Source: Ostrea edulis
Lineage: Eukaryota
DNA length: 64,000 nucleotides
Assembly: GCF_947568905.1 (NCBI RefSeq)
Contig: NC_079165.1
Coordinates: 25,544,001 to 25,608,000 of the forward strand
Direction: 5' to 3'
Part shown: positions 61,425 to 64,000 of the stretch, one piece after another
Position numbering within the stretch: position 1 is the first letter of the stretch
How the letters are laid out: every line of letters starts with the position of its first letter
Position numbers and translations under genes: made by a program
The notes under the pieces: generated by a model
Databases searched by the model: none
What the model was told of the DNA's origin: nothing
What the model saw: only the letters and a program-made list of their open reading frames with translations

Positions 61425-61740
61425 AATTCTGAAACTTAAACCTTGCTAATAACTTTTGAACAGTAAGTGATAGCTTTGATATTTCACATGAGTATTCCTT
61501 ATAACAAGACCTTTCCGCTGGTACTAAACCTTTTTACCTTGACATTTGACCTACTTTAATTTTTTTTTCCACATTGGTCATAACTTCTAAATGGTAAATA
61601 TTAGATCTTTCATATTGTACATGAACATTCCTTGTGACAAGATCTTTCTACTGGTACCTAGATATTTGTCCTTGTGACCTTGGCCATCTTCGGAATTAGC
61701 CATTATCGGGGACATTTGTGTTTCACAAACACATCTTGTT
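61364..61740 (-). mobile_element. Complete HINE/pearl-like Helentron-type element in a TDRD5 intron
   Basis: On the minus strand it starts AACAAGATGTGTTTGTGAAACACAAATGTCCCCGA and ends ACAGACAGGACAAAAACAATATGTCCCCTGATCTTCCATCTCGGGGGCATAAA. Same family as 1-88. Confidence 0.85.
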
Positions 61741-61891
61741 GAAATTATTATTAATAGTACTCAGGCGCATAGCAGCGTGCACATGATTTGCTGTAGAGAG
61801 AAAAATCTCTAGTTAAAATATCAGTGCCTCAAAAATTACTTTGCATTATATAGTTCCGATTTATGATTTAATCAACATCATAATGTACATT

Positions 61892-62277
61892 CAGGGATCG
61901 ACATTAAAGGTTGTCCAATTGCCCGAGGCAAGTGAAAACCCAGTTCGGACAAGTGAAACTCAATACACACTTGCTCGATGGGGCAAGTGATCATTTGAGT
62001 AGGAAATGTGATTATCATAATAATTGTGTTAAGCTTGATGAATACAAAATATTAGAATATAAAGTCCAACTCCTATATTGCTGTGGTTTTTTTTTACCAA
62101 ATCATCAGCTTACAGCGAAAGCCCATTCTAGTAGATCGTACTGTATCACCAATTGACAAAGAGATATAATTAGAGTTACTGGTTGACAGACTAATTAGAG
62201 TCTAAAATACTTCGGACAACTAAGTTTTTCATGAGGACAGAGGGGCAAGTAAGAAGTAAACTTAATGTCTATCCCTG
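61892..62277. mobile_element. 386-bp MITE with CAGGG...CCCTG termini and a 5-bp TSD (hAT5-like)
   Basis: TIR CAGGGATCGACATTAA / TTAATGTCTATCCCTG with TSD ACATT on both sides, and subterminal GG(G/A)CAAGT repeats. Confidence 0.88.
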
Positions 62278-62355
62278 ACATTCAATCAGATTTAAAGTCC
62301 TTTTGATTTTCAAATCATCATTAACAACATCATGTCAAATGTCACCCCTTTGGGC

Positions 62356-64000
62356 CTACAGGCACTTGTTTCATAGACTTTGTAAGCTACACAAGCACTT
62401 GTTTCATAGATTTCATAAGCTACTCAGGTGCTTGTTTCATAGACTTTGTAAGCTACACAGGTGCTTGTTTCATAGACTTTGTAAATTACACAGGTGCTTG
62501 TTTCATAGACTTTGTAAGCTACACAGGCACTTGTTTCATAGATTTCATAAGCTACACAGGTGCTTGTTTCATAGACTTTGTAAGCTACACAGGTGCTTGT
62601 TTCATAGACTTTGTAAGCTACAAAGGTGCTTGTTTCATAGACTTTGTAAGCTACACAAGTGCTTGTTTCATAGATTTCATAAGTTACACAGGTGCTTGTT
62701 TCAGACTTCGTAAGCCACACAGGCACTTGTTTCATAGATTTCATAAGCTACACAGGTGCTTGTTTCATAGACTTTGTAAGCTACACAGGTGCTTGTTTCA
62801 TAGACTTTGTAAGCTACACAGGTGCTTGTTTCATGGATTTCATAAGTTACACAGGTGCTTGTTTCAGACTTCGTAAGCCACACAGGCACTTGTTTCATAG
62901 ATTTCGTAAGCTACACAGGCACTTGTTTCATAGACTTCGTAAGCTACACAGGTGCTTGTTTCAGACTTCGTAAGCTACACAGGTGCTTGTTTCAGACTTT
63001 GTAAGCTATACAGGTGCTTGTTTCATAGATTTCATAAGCTACACAGGTGCTTGTTTCATAGACTTCGTAAGCTACACAGGTGCTTGTTTCATAGACTTCG
63101 TAAGCTACACAAGCACTTGTTTCATAGATTTCATAAGCTACACAGGTGCTTGTTTCATAGACTTTGTAAGCTACACAGGTGCTTGTTTCAGACTTTGTAA
63201 GCTACACAGGCACTTGTTTCATAGATTTCATAAGCTACACAGGTGCTTGTTTCATAGACTTTGTAAATTACACAGGTGCTTGTTTCATAGACTTTGTAAG
63301 CTACACAGGTGCTTGTTTCATAGACTTTGTAAGCTACACAGGCACTTGTTTCATAAATTTCATAAGCTACACAGGTGCTTGTTTCATAGACTTTGTAAGC
63401 TACACAGGTGCTTGTTTCATAAACTTTGTAAGCTACAAAGGTGCTTGTTTCATAGACTTTGTAAGCTACACAGGTGCTTGTTTCAGACTTCGTAAGCCAC
63501 ACAGGCACTTGTTTCATAGATTTCATAAGCTACACAGGTGCTTGTTTCATAGACTTTGTAAGCTACACAGGTGCTTGTTTCATAGACTTTGTAAGCTACA
63601 CAGGTGCTTGTTTCATAGATTTCATAAGTTACACAGGTGCTTGTTTCAGACTTCGTAAGCCACACAGGCACTTGTTTCATAGATTTCATAAGCTACACAG
63701 GTGCTTGTTTCATAGACTTCGTAAGCTACACAGGTGCTTGTTTCAGACTTTGTAAGCTATACAGGCATTTGTTTCATAGATTTCATAAGCTACACAGGTG
63801 CTTGTTTCATAGACTTCGTAAGCTACACAGGTGCTTGTTTCAGAGACTTTGTAAGCTACACAGGTGCTTGTTTCATAGATTTCATAAGTTACACAGGTGC
63901 TTGTTTCAGACTTCGTAAGCCACACAGGCACTTGTTTCATAAATTTCATAAGCTACACAGGTGCTTGTTTCATAGACTTCGTAAGCTACACAGGTGCTTG
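62356..64000. repeat. 33-bp satellite (CTACACAGGTGCTTGTTTCATAGACTTTGTAAG) with 31-bp variants, about 50 units, running off the window
   Basis: Direct periodicity. The 11-aa repeats in the ORF track (HRCLFHRLCKL, ETSTCVAYKVY) are its translations. Confidence 0.97.

Noticed and set aside
62281-62360. TDRD5 exon 3 (third LOTUS domain) just before the satellite
   Set aside because: No frame gives a LOTUS-like sequence with a usable donor site.
62303-63949. Cys/His-rich ORFs (HRCLFHRLCKL and VSYTGACFIDF repeats) as a metal-binding protein or TDRD5 exon
   Set aside because: These are translations of a 33-bp satellite. The 31-bp units shift the frame repeatedly, and frames are open on both strands.
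1-64000. tRNA, rRNA or snRNA genes
   Set aside because: No cloverleaf, A/B-box pair or rRNA/snRNA-like sequence was recognised by eye. A tRNAscan-SE/Infernal run would be needed to exclude them.

Overview
Animal genomic DNA, most likely a bivalve of the oyster type. This is inferred from its repeat families, AT-richness and spliceosomal genes, so nearly all short ORFs in the supplied track are spurious. Bases 1-40,000 hold no host gene I can support and are a nest of mobile DNA. They include a ~21.2 kb segment bounded by ~1.4-1.5 kb inverted arms (2404-23581) that splits a Helentron-type (HINE) element, a Tc1 transposase remnant, and a full-length but frameshifted Mag-clade Ty3/Gypsy LTR retrotransposon with 122-bp LTRs (24616-28927). 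There is also a 25-bp satellite, many MITEs and palindromes, and a 212-bp insert in a (TA)n tract carrying a minimal type I hammerhead ribozyme variant. Bases 40,000-64,000 hold four genes as two head-to-head pairs: STX6 (-, 8 exons, with an AT-AC U12-type intron 2 and a tandem duplication of the start of exon 6), SLC39A7/ZIP7 (+, 3 exons), TTC19 (-, probably 2 exons) and the 5' part of TDRD5 (+). The window ends inside a 33-bp satellite. All alignments and counts were done by eye, with no database searches.
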